NCBI RefSeq assembly: GCF_963921235.1 | Contig: NC_086118.1 | Location: forward strand, 23,314,001-23,378,000 | DNA length: 64,000 nucleotides | Direction: 5' to 3' | Origin: Mobula hypostoma | Taxonomy: Eukaryota | Shown: positions 13,200 to 28,340 of the stretch, piece by piece | How the letters are laid out: each line of letters begins with the position of its first letter | How positions within the stretch are numbered: position 1 is the stretch's first letter | Notes under the pieces: model-generated | The model's input: the letters and a program-made list of their open reading frames with translations, nothing else | Databases searched by the model: none | Told to the model about the DNA's origin: nothing | Program-made: the position numbers and the translations under genes

Positions 13200-13620
13200 T
13201 GGATCTTTTTTAAAGAGGAAGGAAGCAATAGTAGATGTAAAAACATCTGGTCTAACCATGTCAGATGCTTTTGGCACGGTTCTTAGTGCAGTAATCATTG
13301 TCTGTGTCCTGTGATCTAGAAACGGCTTCTTTTATTGTTTACCCATATTTTAATGCTAATTTGCAAACACAGAAGAAGCGCCCAAACAGATGTGAACCAT
13401 TTGGTTGGGTTGTAGTTCATTTGTCAGGAGAAAGGGAAGGCTGCATTGCAGGATATTAAATATTACCTCGACCATTCACCGGCACTTCATATTTCAGGGT
13501 TAGAATAGATGTCGAGTTTGTAAGGAATAATGAATCAGTCCAGAGCTGCAGAACAAGACAGACGAGTGCTTGGGGAATTTTAGAAATGGACTAAGTATTT
13601 GTAATGGTTCCTGACCACAT
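13200..13620 (+). mobile_element. Old, highly decayed CR1-like RT fragment
   Basis: Remnants of AVDV..DF..AF, KFAD and 'EDCxxLQ' RT motifs, with many substitutions. Confidence 0.4.
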
Positions 13621-16600
13621 CCCGGGGAAGATTACAAACACTCTTCATTGTGCTTAACCCTCGAAGTGCTGATGATTTTTTTTCGCATTAGCTCTTAAGT
13701 GTCTACAATACAACAGCGCATCTGGAGATGCAAAACCAATTCTGCATCCTTAGTAATTTCCCAAAAAAAACACACTTGGGGATGTACAGTTCACGCCGAT
13801 ATGCCAATGATGCGGGAGAATCTGTATGTTATTTCTCACATTAAAATCACTTGTATTTTTTTCTCTCTCCACTTTGTTACATCCTCCACATTGAAAATGT
13901 AGTTTAATGCATTTCAATAACCTTATTTATTATTTTATATTAACTTTATTGGCCTTGGTCACGTGCATTTACAATAATAACTTTTGCCTGACCACCTCTT
14001 ACATGGAACATTTCATAGCACTCAGACCACAGCTATTTGTACTTGTCGCTGTTAACTCCGAGATATAACACTTACTTCCTGACTCTGATGGTAATTAACT
14101 GATCTCTGAATGCCTCATTGCTCATCTGTCAGGAAACATTTGCTCTTTTATTTATCTCAATAGGGTCTACCATTTAAAACAAATGACCGCCCGTGTTTAA
14201 AGAGGGAAACTGTTAAGATTTTATTATACCTCGTGATCGATACCGGCAATACAATACGTTCATAATTCATGCACTTATTTTAACATCAGAACCATAATAT
14301 GCCTGCCGGGTAACCCATAGCGCAAAGGTTTGGAGGCTTTTCTTTCAAGTTGCCCATCGTCCCATCAAAAATATTCCGAAGTGCCAATTGACGCCAAAAA
14401 TTATTTTACTGTAATCCATTATTGTTTCAAACTGATTTCCTCTTCTAAATAAAATACGGAGTAAATTGGCCTCTGTTATAATTTAATACTATCACATGTC
14501 CGGTCATCTGTTAATTATCGGAGCATACATAGAACTCTTAGAAGTTACGGTGACTTCCTTCTGTAACATGTACGGGGAAAGTACATTAGTGTAACACTTG
14601 TGAGGAAGTAAATTGAATCCATTGATTTTACATCCTATCAAGCGTACACAATATTACAAAGATTAAAAAAGCAGGTACACAAACATAAACAAACTACAAA
14701 CCCTACTCACAGACGTAATCATGCAATTGTAACACGTCATTGTGCCGCCGCTTTAATACAAACATTAAATAGCGAAGTTTTAATAAAAATACTAAATTGT
14801 TAAGATTGGAAATGTGGTAAGTAATGAATGTTTATCCCAAAAGGCTGCATGACAGGAAGACCTAACATTAAAAATATAGTTCTGTACGATGCCGGTGTTC
14901 GGATCACTTTTTAACTGATCCTGTGGTTTGAGATGCAGGGTGTTCATAATAATGAGGGTCGTCGTACTCCCGAGCCCCTCAGCAATGATTGGTGCGATTG
15001 TACATCGTGGCGAATTCATGCGCAGCCACAAATCTTTTACCTCCAGAGAATCAGTATAATGAAATTTCTGCCTTGTTTTTTTCAATTCCTTTCAACCACA
15101 AACATCAATTGCACATAGAACAGTCGTTGACTGCGATGAAGCGGAACATGCAAACAATATTCTATTTTAAAAATAATTATCTCTCAGCCCACTTGGAGAA
15201 AATTTCAGCAAACTTCCATTCCATTTATTGGAAAGTTTCGATCGATCCTTCTGAATGAAGCACCCCGTCTTCTCCACACCCCCACTCGGAAAAAGAGTTT
15301 CAGACACCTGCACGAAGGATGGAGAAAAGTTGGATCAGATAGCAGGTCGAATCGAGAAATTGTCCCCAGGCCTTTCCTGATTATTTCTTCAACAAATTAG
15401 TATTTTTTCCAGGAACTGTGTCTCCAGTCTTCGAAAATTATTAGTTACGGATATTAAATCGTCAGTATCGTTTTCGTATCCATGCGTCAATTTCGTGTCA
15501 GGTTCATGAATTGAAAATGAACGGACCGGTGATCTCCGTGTTGCCGCGGTTGATTTACAGCGCCGGGGCCATCCGTAAACTGATTAATGCGATACAATTA
15601 AAATCATTATAAAAGGAAATGAGATGACTATAGAAGACAAAACGGAGACTGTCTACTCCTATTTCGATGTAGATTTCAATGCACGCCTATTAAAAGAATG
15701 GGGTCGACGTACAAAACTGATATGTCCGATGAATATTTTACCACACAAACAGACATCCTGAGCGACACAAGAACTTTACTCATCTATCATCCGTGGCCCG
15801 GTTGTGGATGCTTTCTCGTTATTCATTGTAGACCAATGAATGTTGCAAATTTACGGTAAAACTACTCTGTAGCATACTACCCGTCCCCCGCCCCGCTTTT
15901 TAAACAGAGGAGAGATTAGCTTCTTACCATTACCGTAACTCAGTGCAAATCTTAACTTCAAAATAGGCTGCTGGTGATTTTGTTCTCAGAATAATATTGA
16001 ATTCAACTACAAAAAGGGAACTCAATTAAATATTTCATTAGGCCGCCTAAAGCGAGTCTGAACAAATTTCAAATGGATTCATGTTGTTTTTAATTACCAC
16101 TTAAAATGGGAATTCATATCTTAGCAATTTTGGAGCTGTAATGTTATTTTTTTTAATGCTGGATAATTCCAAAGGGAAAATCAAGCTTTGACTTTATGGA
16201 ATTAAAGGGATGGGGATTTGGTACCGCAATACCAGACTTTGCAATTCGAGTGTTGACGTGAGTTGTATTCATTTCTGGAAAGTTGAAGAAACAGCACTGC
16301 GCTAGACGAGCTATCTCTGAACCGCAGAGCGAACACACGCGACCACTTCTGATGAACGAACATCTTAATTAAAAATCACCCGTTGCAAGACCATTCGTGA
16401 ATCAATTCACCCTTACCTTGAGGGTTAATTGACTGGAGACCTACGCTTAGTTTAATCGCAAATCAGACATTCCATGAAAATGTTAAACTTTAAAAAAAAT
16501 TAAAATTGCTATGGCAGGATCTCAGATAGTTATTTTATTCTTAGCCGACAAAATACTATATTGGACAATGTAAAGCAGTCGAAATGTTAACAATTAAAAA

Positions 16601-17549
16601 GCTATTCGGGGACTTTTTTTTCATAACGCTGGCATAATAAAGAACTCGGAAAGGCATTACAAACCTTGGTAATGTAAATTATTTCATATATAAAACTGTA
16701 TGTAGATTAGATTTTTTAAAACTATTGATTGCTGTGAATTTGTTCCTCCTAGGTTCATCCATAGACGAGCAAAATCTAGTTCCGCAGCTCTAAAATAATA
16801 AACCGATTTCAAACATTGCATGATACGATGCATTTGACGTTTTGGTGTTTAATAAACAAAGATAATGGTGGAAGAGAAGTTCATATCAATACCATCGTTT
16901 ATATTCCTGAGATTTCATTTGGTATTGTCCTGGTTGTTTAGGTCCCAGTAACTTTAGAAATTGTCTACTTATGCACAACATCGGTTGGCTCTCTAGACTT
17001 GGTCATTCTGTCTTAGTCGGTGAAGTGAATACTTTTATAACTCGTTCCATTTATCTGAATCAGGCTGATTACTCAGTCTATTCTTTTATTTCCATCTGCA
17101 CCAGTCTCTCCATGTCGTTATCAATATCAATTACAAGGGAACGTCTACTCTCGGAACTGATGGGAATCGCTGCGAGGAATTTTACGGTCGAACTACACGA
17201 AGTTAGGAGCCTATCTCAGGGTAACATGATCTTTCAGGTCCGATTCACTCACTTCCTTCACTGGCTAAGTTAAATACAGCGCTCTGGCGTATTAGCATGT
17301 GTCTGTGAAAAGACTGGGAATGTTTCACTCGGGGACGCTTGGAGGTTTTGGGGGTTGGGCTTTGCCGGCACTTGCCAAATAGGGCCACCAAATACTTTCT
17401 AATAGTTCTGTAATTTATTGAGTGATAGATGGGTGGCGCGATGGCAAGAGAGTACAGTATTGCAAATAAAGCGCCGCCAAAGTTGGATGGGACTTCAACG
17501 CCAGGTGGACACAACCCTCCCGTTTACCTTTGATACCGACTAATGGCCC

Positions 17550-17660
17550 AGGAGCCAATAGGAAAGCGCAGTGGTCGACAAGGGGCGGGCTGTAGGCGTG
17601 GCGAACCTCATCCCGCTCTGATTGGAGAGAAATTGAAGCCGCTCCCCGCTAATTAGCTTG
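17550..17660 (+). promoter_or_regulatory. HS3ST3B1 TATA-less proximal promoter: CCAAT (17555-17559), GC box GGGGCGGG (17582-17589), inverted CCAAT (ATTGG 17621-17625)
   Basis: NF-Y/Sp1-type motif cluster in CpG-rich DNA ~350-430 bp upstream of the ATG. Confidence 0.7.
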
Positions 17661-17904
17661 TAACGCCGCACATGTCTGGCTGCCGACGGTGTCAATCAGT
17701 CGATGTCATGCCATCAAATGTACAGCGAGTGATATTCAGCTTGGGGATTAGAGGGAGAGTCAGCTCGAAGCGAGCGGAGGATACAAGGGGACGGACGGTC
17801 GATTATCTCATTACCCAGTGGTTGCTCTTCTAACGATGTGGTCACAGTCAACAGTGTGATGACGCCGATTGTATCCAGTGCTCATACACCACTCTGGTAG
17901 ATGA

Positions 17905-18501
<597 letters not shown>

Positions 18502-19644
18502 TAAGTGATAGTCACGGGGGTACTTGTGGGTGAGGCCGAGCATGGGATGATCACCGCCTCGGATCGGGAAGGGGAGTTTGAAGCCTCATCAGCCGATTGT
18601 CGGTGAAGTCTTGAGAGCCCGCGGGCGTTGGCGTGCCACCAAGCGCCCGTGATTTGGGCACTAGCTGTGAACCCTGTGAGGGTGGGAGGCAATGCACCCT
18701 GAAGGGGGAGGGGGGTGGTGATGCGGATTGAATCTCTTGTTAATGTGTTAATTCAACCTGAAACACTTCGACGGATGTTGGTGGTTGTGACTGACACGTG
18801 AAGGCAGCCATCAACACCCGACGCATTTGTTACACAGTTCAAGTAATCATCTCCTTTGGAAATCCGAACTCCATTTTCTCCCTCTGGTAATACTATCAGG
18901 CAGAGAGTTATAAACCTCAGCCCGAGTAACACACATTCAACATCTGAGCCAGGCAGGTTTCGGTTCTACTTCCTACTTTCGATTGGGTGAGGAGCGCACA
19001 TTTTAATGCATTCTACTTCTGGTTGCAAAAAGCCTGGGTTGCAAAAAGGCGATTTGGGATGCATGCCGTTTTTACATCTGCTCCCTCAGAAGTTTGTGCT
19101 TGCTGGTTGGGAAAGCGTCAAAGTAACCTCTGTCTTATTTAGTAGAGCCTGTATTTGTAAGTGTTCATGTCTAAAATAAAGTGCGTTTGAGTACGTTGCA
19201 CGCCCTTAACCGAATTCCACACGTTTGAACGATATGCAGTTGTTAAAACAGCTTGCGCAGCCTGGCAAACATTTTTATAAAATTACTATCTATCGCTTGG
19301 CAGCCAGGAGACCCAAAAGGAACGAAATATAAAGTTGGTGGTGATAGTGTCACATGCGAAAAGGGGAATGGGTTCTCGAGCTATACTAGCTGCTGAAAGA
19401 AATACTTAATTTATACTACTCTTGCAACCAAGTGGAGCGCTTTGGCAAATGCGCTCTTACGCTGGAATTTGCTGCTGTGTAACAAATATAATCGAGTATA
19501 TGAACGTCCATGCTATCTCATATAATGGGGAAAACTTCCTTTAGATTTAGAAGAACAATTGATATTATGAACTTCGGACAGATATTCCCCCGATGAGTTC
19601 ACAACGCTCTCTAGTACTCACTCCGAAATGAATGAGATTTAAGT

Positions 19645-19672
<28 letters not shown>
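19645..19672. repeat. (TG)14 microsatellite
   Basis: Perfect dinucleotide run in intron 1. Confidence 0.95.
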
Positions 19673-19676
<4 letters not shown>

Positions 19677-22600
19677 CGGTGGGGGGTTGTTAAGAAAGAA
19701 ACACCATTAAAATAAATTATGGCGCAGGACTCATTAGGTTAAAACTGTAGGGAGCTGAGGGCAGTGTGCTTTTATTTTTATAGAGCTCCATAGTGGCCCA
19801 GGAACAGGGGATATTGTGTCAGTTCAAAAGGTGAAACCCAGCAGCCTCTTAGCTTAGATCCATCAAGTCAGGAAACGTCTCAGTAACACAAGCTCTGGGA
19901 ATAAATCGGGATGCAGGGAAACAAGAGATTTCCCTCTTTCTGGTGAAACCCGCTGTTCTCTCTGCCAGTTGAAGGTTCCTGTGAATGCATTCTGGAGAGA
20001 GCCTTCATTTCCATCCCTCCAAGGACTTAAGATTTAAAAAAAGTCTTCCCATAACCAATTTGCTCTCCGAGATATTCCGTCCCCCGCCAGTTGCAGGGAG
20101 ATCAGAATGTTTGTGTAACTTGTGGCCGCTGTCTGATCTTAAACACATGTTCCGACACTTAATGACAACCGGCCGCTTCGCCTCACCTGAGAAGTCTGAT
20201 CTCCCGTCTAATTTGCCCATTTAAAATGCATCCATTCGTGTCCGTCCTACGATATTTTTAAGAACCCAGCCTTGGTAGAAAGTGAGACGCAACTGGATTT
20301 AGAAATCTAACCGGTAGAGCGAGTTTTGCCCCATTTGTTCAAATTCCAACAATCGTCAAACACAAGGTTTTAGAGGTGGTTTTACTAATGAGTTCTAGTG
20401 ATCTGATGATTGACAACAAATACTGGATATTGCGTTATCTTCTCTGAAGATTGTTGCTTTAATCCGCTTTCCGCGTCTTTAAACCCCGCGACCGTGTCGC
20501 CTGGCAGAATGCTCTCTATATAAAATTGTATGAATCCTTTTAAAAACAAATTCCGTTTTTGGAACATTCGTGTTTTGTCGATTTTTTTACTCGTGCAGAG
20601 TGGGGCCTGTTGATGAAGGCGATGCGGGATGAACGGATTGTGAAGAAGTGTTCCACTTTTTGTATTGCCTTCCCCTCCGCATGCGTTAGTCTCAACAAAG
20701 ACACAGAGGGAGAGACGGGGTCCTTTCTGCAAAACTTTAAAACCACAACCACGGCTTCTTAGTCGTTTTCAAAATATTGAAGTGTTGACTTAATTCGATC
20801 TGATAGCGAAACGCTTCGTTCCATTTATTGTTCGTTCATTCTGAAATATTTGTTTCAATTGAGATAGAAAACAAGGTCTCAGAGCTGTCGCGATCTCCCG
20901 AATCTGATGGGGGTTGTATTCTGATCTCTTTTTTTTCACACGCACAAACATATCTATCCAATTGTCCTCTGTCTCCCAACATGCCCAGCTATCCTCGGGG
21001 GAGAAGCTTTGATGTAAGTTTTGCATATGATAGAACACCACTGTGCTTGCTGGACGTAGAGTTGGAGAACGTTTCCTGTTTAATGCCCTCCGCCGTTGAG
21101 AATAGTGCGCCAAATAATGTCAACTATTTCACTGTCATTGTTCTCCCGTGGTGTATCCCAGCAGAAAGTTCATAATGAATTGTATAATTCAGAACTCGTT
21201 AAAGTAGGATTTGTTGATATTGAGATTTATGAATTATTTACTTAATTAGCCTTCAGACAAGGATTTTAAAAAGTCTGGGAAAACCTAATCATGAATGTAA
21301 ATAATTATTTTGCCTTTAATGTGTATAAAATCTAACCCGAATTCATAAAATCTCCACACCAGCTGCAAGTGGTATTAGAATAGGCAAGTGCAAGGTGAAA
21401 TCTTGTTCGGGGGATTATTCCAACTTGTAGTTTTCTTTCGAAAGCATTGCAATATTTATTACAATCTTTAAATAGTGACTGTAAGTGTCTTTTTGGTCGT
21501 TACATCGGAGTAGCACACGGTATTTTTGAAGGAGTTTTCATATTGTGATTAAATATGTTAGAACAGGACATTGAACCATGGAAACTGTAGAGAATATTGT
21601 CTGGGAATTCATTCCTGCTCCTTCTGGATTGTGAGCCGTGAAAGATGGAAACAGACTAAAAGTGCAGAATTTCCCCACAGACCATTTACGTGGCGGAACT
21701 CTGTTGATTTCTGCGCTTCTCGCAGTCTGCGTCGTGGAGAGTTCGTTTATTGACTTGGATTGAGTGCAGTGTAAATCAACATTAAACAACAACAACGACG
21801 AAAGGGAAAGAAAACAAATGTCCAAATGTTTGTATCCTTCCCTCGGATTAGCAGCACCTTTTGTCTGGAACTACCTGCTGTGAGAGAGCCCGGGAGAAGT
21901 GCCTGGCATGTTGGGATGCTCTAAATTACCAATCACATCACTGGATAGAAAACTCCCAGCGTCACAAGGAAGCTAGAAGTCTCTTTAAATGGGAATTGTA
22001 ATAAGTTTAATGAGGTTAGAAGTTGTAAAAAGACGTTTCTCATTTTAGGTTCTCCTTTCTGCTGATAGAAAAGATTTAGGTCTCGTTAGCAAATTAAAAA
22101 AAAATAGAATGATATTCGAGTTATCAGACAATAATTTTTACTTCAGATTCTAATTATTTTTCTTCATTTTACCTAGTGCACGTATACAAATATTCCGATT
22201 AATTTTAAGACAATTTTCATATTTGTACAGTTCAGTACAGCCCCAAACACAGATGTATATAGAGCCGGTCCTGTTTTCCTTTCCACGGTTTAGGGTCGGG
22301 TATGCGCCCCAGGTTAAGGAAAAGAACCAAAAACAGTTCGGCACCAGTCGCCATATGGACTGACGGGGTGTTTGGAACTCGGGGCCGAGTTTTTTTTAAA
22401 GAGTTTGTTTCTATTTACTGTCACAACATGGAACAGTTGTTTCCACCTACCCCAATTCCCCTCACTACCACCCCTTCCCTCCAAGACTTAGGACGGAGGA
22501 GGCAAAAGAAATAAACAAGGAGTCCATCTGCCGGGGAATGGTCGACTGCTTTATATTTAGCTGGAAGATAATTGTAACCCGACCCAGCAGTGAACGCCAG

Positions 22601-25600
22601 ATAATTATAACGGGATCTGGGGGCTGCTAATCAGCATTATGTGATGGTTTAGCCCCGATCTCATTTATCAACAGCAACGAATAACAACCTACAGAATCAG
22701 TGGGGAAACGTTGCTAAGTATTTCGATTATGAAAGCATAGTTTCTTCTTTAATTAGATCTCGACTTGATAAGCAACTAAAATGCAGTTTAGCAAAGTTAT
22801 TCTAATCTAGGGATCTCGATGTTCATTAAAATTAGTATTTTAAAATGGACGATTATTGTCTCCTGTTGCTCTGTTCACTTTCTGTTGTCATTCAGAAGAA
22901 TATCGACATTTTATCTTGGATATTAATTGGATAGGAATGGAGGCAAATGGATTTCGTTGACATTTCTAAAATCAGAATATTTTATTTGAAATTGGCAACT
23001 GTCTGTAAATTTTCCATTTGCATTTCTGTTTTTTTTTTAAAGGTTTGTTGGGGTAGTAAGGAAGAAGGTTGCGTGTTTAAGCCTCGTCCCTTTACAGTGG
23101 TAAAAATAGCCTACGTTCAGTTCAGACGGCGGGCGGTGAGGCAGCTCCCTGGCGGTGTTTTGTGAGCTGTCCGGACAGATGGCAGCTTCATTCCGTGCCG
23201 GTGCTGCCACCATCAGGCCGCCGAGGTTCTTTCACAATTAACAAGTATTCCCCCACCCCCCGACCCCACTCGAAGAGAGAAAACTAAACTTCTCCATCCT
23301 GGAAGATCGAGTTTTTTCTGTCCCATGTGTAGAGCTCTTGAGCCCCAATAAAATGCAGGTAAATCGTATACAGTAAGTCTGCCACACTATAAAATTACGA
23401 TGAAATCGATATTCCATCGATAGATATCTGCCTTTCCAGAATTCTACGGATCTGAACACCTGTGCCCCATAACTATTCAAATTAGCACAAGATCTTTACT
23501 TTTATAGAGATATCCGATGTGGCAATACACGTTTGTTACGTGGGAAATGGATAACCATAGCTGCCATATACTCAACTGGCTGAATGAGGCCCTACTTGGA
23601 GGTAAAGAAATCTGCAAATCGATAAGGTAGCTTAATCGCCATGGAATTTCCCATCCTTTAAAACTAGGTCCCGATCAGAATCCCAGTCCGCCTTCCCCTC
23701 GTCAGGTCATCCATTGTAAGGGAAAATGGTTCGGGCCATGCTGCAGCCTCGCATTTCTTCACTAACATGAAACTGACCCCTAGTGGGTAAGTTTCGGGAA
23801 ATAACAACGTAACGAGTTTTAGAAAAGTTGAATGATTTTTAAATCGCTTCGGGTCACTGCTTATACCCAGTAACTTCACCTGGTTTAAACTAAGTGGGAA
23901 AACAACGGTTCCAGTCAGTGAAACGCGCGCAAAATACAACCCTTGCTCACATTCACGTTACCATCAACAGTCAATCTCAAAGGTTGATGAATAAATAGAA
24001 ACAGAGAGATATTTTGTTCTGGACGGGTGTTAGCTTGAGCTGATATTTTTTTTATGTGGTGTCCAAACAGATCTCCATGGTTAGGTCGAGATTGACAGGA
24101 TTGCATTTTTTTTTAGTGACATTGATTTTGGAAGTCCCTTCCCTGTGGAAGTTACCCTCCACCACTCTGTCCAATTGGTGCGACCGTCTTCTGAGGAGAA
24201 CGGGAGAGCAGTGAATGCAGGGAGGAGGGTTGTAGGGCCGTATTTGGTAAGACATAGCTGTGGCTGTCAGTTAGCATATGGTGCACAGGAAGCATGAGGA
24301 GATAATAGTGATGGGGCGGGGGGAGGCGGTGATTTGGGAGTCAGGAGTAGTGGGGACATGTTTAATTAGTAGGATCAGCTGCCATCACCCGATTGGAATC
24401 CAGTGGGTAAATATTCAGCTTGTGGGGTTACATGCATATTAATGTCATTCTTATTCCTGATGAGCCAGATACGGGTCCACTCCTGAGGGAGTTATGGCCT
24501 GCCAATAATAAATTTCTGTATGTGTACACACCAAGTCTTTCAATGAAGATATATGTACAACATACAATCAATTGTTTGAGAAAGGACACAATTTCTGTGT
24601 GGCTTCTGATCACCTTGGGCTTGTTTGTTACTTTGAGAAAAAGAAAACGAACACATTTCAAGTTTCATTGTGTTCCTGTTTGCAGAATAAAATTAATCCC
24701 ATTTATTTAAGACAAAAGGCCAGGGAGCTTGATTCATGATTTAATTTTACTGGGTCAGATTTGTACCTATAGAATCAAATTGGGATTTGTGTCTTCTGTT
24801 AGAACATAACTTTCATTATATTTTAGTGTGATAGGACAGTGATATGATTCACCAGCATTTTAAGTAACTGGAAAGATTTGTTCAGTTACAGTTCAGTTTC
24901 TCTTCCTGCCAGGAAACTGAACTGTGGGCTAACTTTGGAGGCATGGAAGATCATTTTGTGGAATTTAATATCCTTAGATACTGAGATTTCATTACATTTG
25001 ACTTTTAAACTAATGGCCATTTTATAATGCCTCAAGCATTTTCATTCAATTTGATGTAACAAATGCTTTAGAGAAGCTCTCCCATGGAATGAAACTGATG
25101 TTGCACAATTTTGTTTTATTCCCATCGTGGCATGTTTTGTGTGTTGCAAAAACATATGGTGCAGTTATATATTTAATACAATTTGTATTGGGATCACCAG
25201 TTATTAGTAAGGTCTCTGTAACTTTTCTCAAGGAATTATAGAAGGCACATACAGTAAGAAAGTTTGCTAATAAGTGAATAGATGACTTTCTCATGGTGAA
25301 CAATCTGCATGTTAGACTATTTTTTCAGTTTGTTGACACAAGGTATTTGGTATGCAAGTTCTTTTGCATAATACATTTATTTATCCACTGTAGTTTTTCA
25401 TTGATGTAATTTTTAATTGATCATGTTTTTAATATCCAATCCAGTATTTATCCTCAGATATTGCAAGTTTACGGGAAAGCACCCGGATGGCTAATGAGTA
25501 ATCTCATGAGGTCCATCATGGGATGCATAGCATTTTGAACAAAGTTGAATTGCAGTTTTAATTTGTGTCTTAACATTTGAGTGATTGTATGGCCTCTGAG

Positions 25601-26608
25601 ATTACTCACTAATAATAACAAAAAGTCCAGATATTGCTGGTGTAATTAGTTGTATATAAAGTATCTGGTACCAGGGTGAGCCTGGTGTTTGCCTTACAGG
25701 AAACGAGGTCTTGAAGTTATTATTAATTAGTTTGTTCTTCTGAGGAGGAGAGTAACCAAGAGGCCATGAACCAGTTTAAAAAATTACAGATAAGAGAAGG
25801 ATAGACAGTTCAAGGATGTAAAATGGTTTTAATGAGACAAAATCATTAATGATGGTGAATTTACTATATGCGAGAGGAAATATTAATAATAGAAGCTTAC
25901 CCCATTATTTCACTCAGATAACTCTGCATATTGAGATTTTTCCCCATTCCATTACAGAAAGACATTACAACTATCTGCATATTGCCTGTATTTTAGTGTT
26001 TTTTTATTTGAAAAGTACACAAAACTTGAATTTTATCAAAAATCAGACAAATTTGCTTCAGGCAGCTGCAGTGTTTCACAGGAATAAATAGACTCTCAAG
26101 GTTTTTCATTATTATGTAAATACAGTTATAGAAACTGGACTTAAAAGTTACTTCCCTGCAAATTTGCTTTATGTTGAGCTTGCAATATATTTAATAGCTT
26201 ACAAGTGGAGTTTTCGTAGCTACTTGCACTGTTGAATAATTGAGAACATATACTTTGGCATGTACTTTTGTAGTAGTCTAGAAGATTTCTTTCACTCAGC
26301 TACTTGATAATATTACAATGGTAATATATTTATTTTATGGATTAAGTTAAATCTAAGATCAGCTAATTAATACCAGTTACAATTGTATTTCACTTTAAAA
26401 GTTTAATCAGTGTGTGAATATATTTATATTCTAAGGGAAGAGGCAAACCAATAGGCATAACAAGTAACAGGGTGTATCTCAAAAGTTTTCAGATCAACTT
26501 TAACAGGTATTAAAGTGAATGACCATCAATATTACCATTGACAGCCACTTGTTGATAGGAAAGAAACTAGTGTGTCTCTCAAGTAGCCCAGAACGAAACT
26601 ATTTGTGT

Positions 26609-26747
26609 CACAAACAAGAGAAAATCTGCAGATGCTTGAAATCAAAGTAATACACACAAAATGCTGGAGGAACTCAGTAAGCCAGGCAGCATCTATAAAA
26701 AAGAGTAAACAGTCGACGTTTTGGGCCGAGACCCTTCATCAGGACTG
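26609..26747 (-). mobile_element. Penelope terminal-repeat fragment with minimal hammerhead motif (26710-26747, G12 mutated)
   Basis: The minus strand reads CAGTC CTGATGA A GGGT CTCG GCCC AAAA CGTC GACTG, followed by the family tail GATGCTGCCTGGCTTACTGAGTTCCTCCAGCATTTTG. Confidence 0.85.
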
Positions 26748-27984
26748 CAATAGTTGTGTAACCAAAGATATGTTACTGCACTATCTGTACATCGATTTAG
26801 TACTGTAACTTTTAATTTTAAGTCACTTTCTTGATTATCCCCTGATATAGTAACTACAAAGTTGCCAAACATTTGGAGTTCGTACAGAATCAGTAAATCT
26901 ATTATTTGGAATTGTACTTAATGCAGGTTTATGAATTCACAAAATATTACCTTTGCCTTCATCCTTATTTTGTAACATCACTAATGCCATGCAGTGAACA
27001 CAGAGATAACATTTCGTTTACAATTATGATCAGCCTTGGTCTTGATATAGTTGTGTGTGTTAGTTTCCGTTGAATATTCCAGTGGTTCTTCTGCTTTCTG
27101 TGACATACAGATTACCTTCTGTGACACACAAATATTACATTCCCAGTGAGATATCTAGAAATACTTTTTAATAATTATTTGCCCCTTTCACTTTATGGAA
27201 TTTTGTAGTAAAATGGTTGATCGATGGCTTCATTCTAAACTTACTTCAACAAAATGACTGGGAAACCATCAGTAACTTTTACATATACACTGTTGAAACT
27301 GTTCTTCGGATAAGATAGTGTTACAACAATTTTTCAAGTTATGCTATTTGATTTGTGCTTTAGTTGTTGAGAATCATAGGGATAATGGCAATTGGATTAA
27401 TTATTGGCCATCTGTTTTAGTCTGTGTCTTAAATCATCCATATATTAAACATGTTTAATCTTTTTAAAATCAGGATTACATCATAAACTGAACCTAGACA
27501 AGACTGTAAAGGTTGGCATGTTGCTTGTAAGCTGGAAGTGTGGATACTTGAGCATTGATTCATAAAATAAGTTGGAACTGAATTATATGTGCAAATTGAC
27601 ATATTTTTATGTTGGCATGCAAATTTTATATCATTAATAGCTTTCAGTCAAAAAAGATGAAGAATTGTTTTGAGTCAGAAAAATAACTGTATCTGCCTTT
27701 TTCTTGTTTATCTTGCTCAGTCTTTCATATACATCCAACTTTGGGTACTTTTTTACGATTGATTTCTTTGATCCAGGCTTCCTCCTGGTCTGACAGCCTT
27801 GACCAACATACCTCACTGCCTTACCTCTCAGGTTTTGTAATGAACAGGATCTACAGCTTTCTGGGAAAGGTTGGGCTAATATCCTGTAGTTTAAGGAACA
27901 GAATAATTAAACATTTTATCTAATTGCTTGATGGCTAAATTTTCTACTCCAGTAGAGGTTAAGGGCAGGTAGGTTTAATGGAGT

Positions 27985-28340
27985 CAGTGAGTCATAGCAC
28001 AGAAATGAGCCTTGGACCCACTGTGTCTACACCAACAAGTATCTGTCTATACTAATCCCACTTAACAGCACTTGTTCCATATGTTTTGGCAGTCGAAATG
28101 ATCATCTGGAATAGATGCTTTTTTAAACATTTGTGATAGTACCTGCCTCTACCAGTTTCTCAGGTAGTGTACTCAGGTTGCAACCACTTTTTGGGTGGAA
28201 AAATTAGACATTCCCTCTAACCCTCTTACTCTTCATCTTAAACCTATTCTCCGAGGGAGAATTTTTAAAAAAAGATTTACCTTAACTACAGTATGTCTCT
28301 CATAATTTTGCACTACTCCGTGCAGTTCCCTTCTCTGTTC
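27985..28340 (-). mobile_element. CR1-like LINE 3' end (decayed)
   Basis: Resembles the CR1 3' ends at 35.5k and 61.3k (ACCTGCCTCTACCA...CAGGTAGTG..TTCC). Confidence 0.6.
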
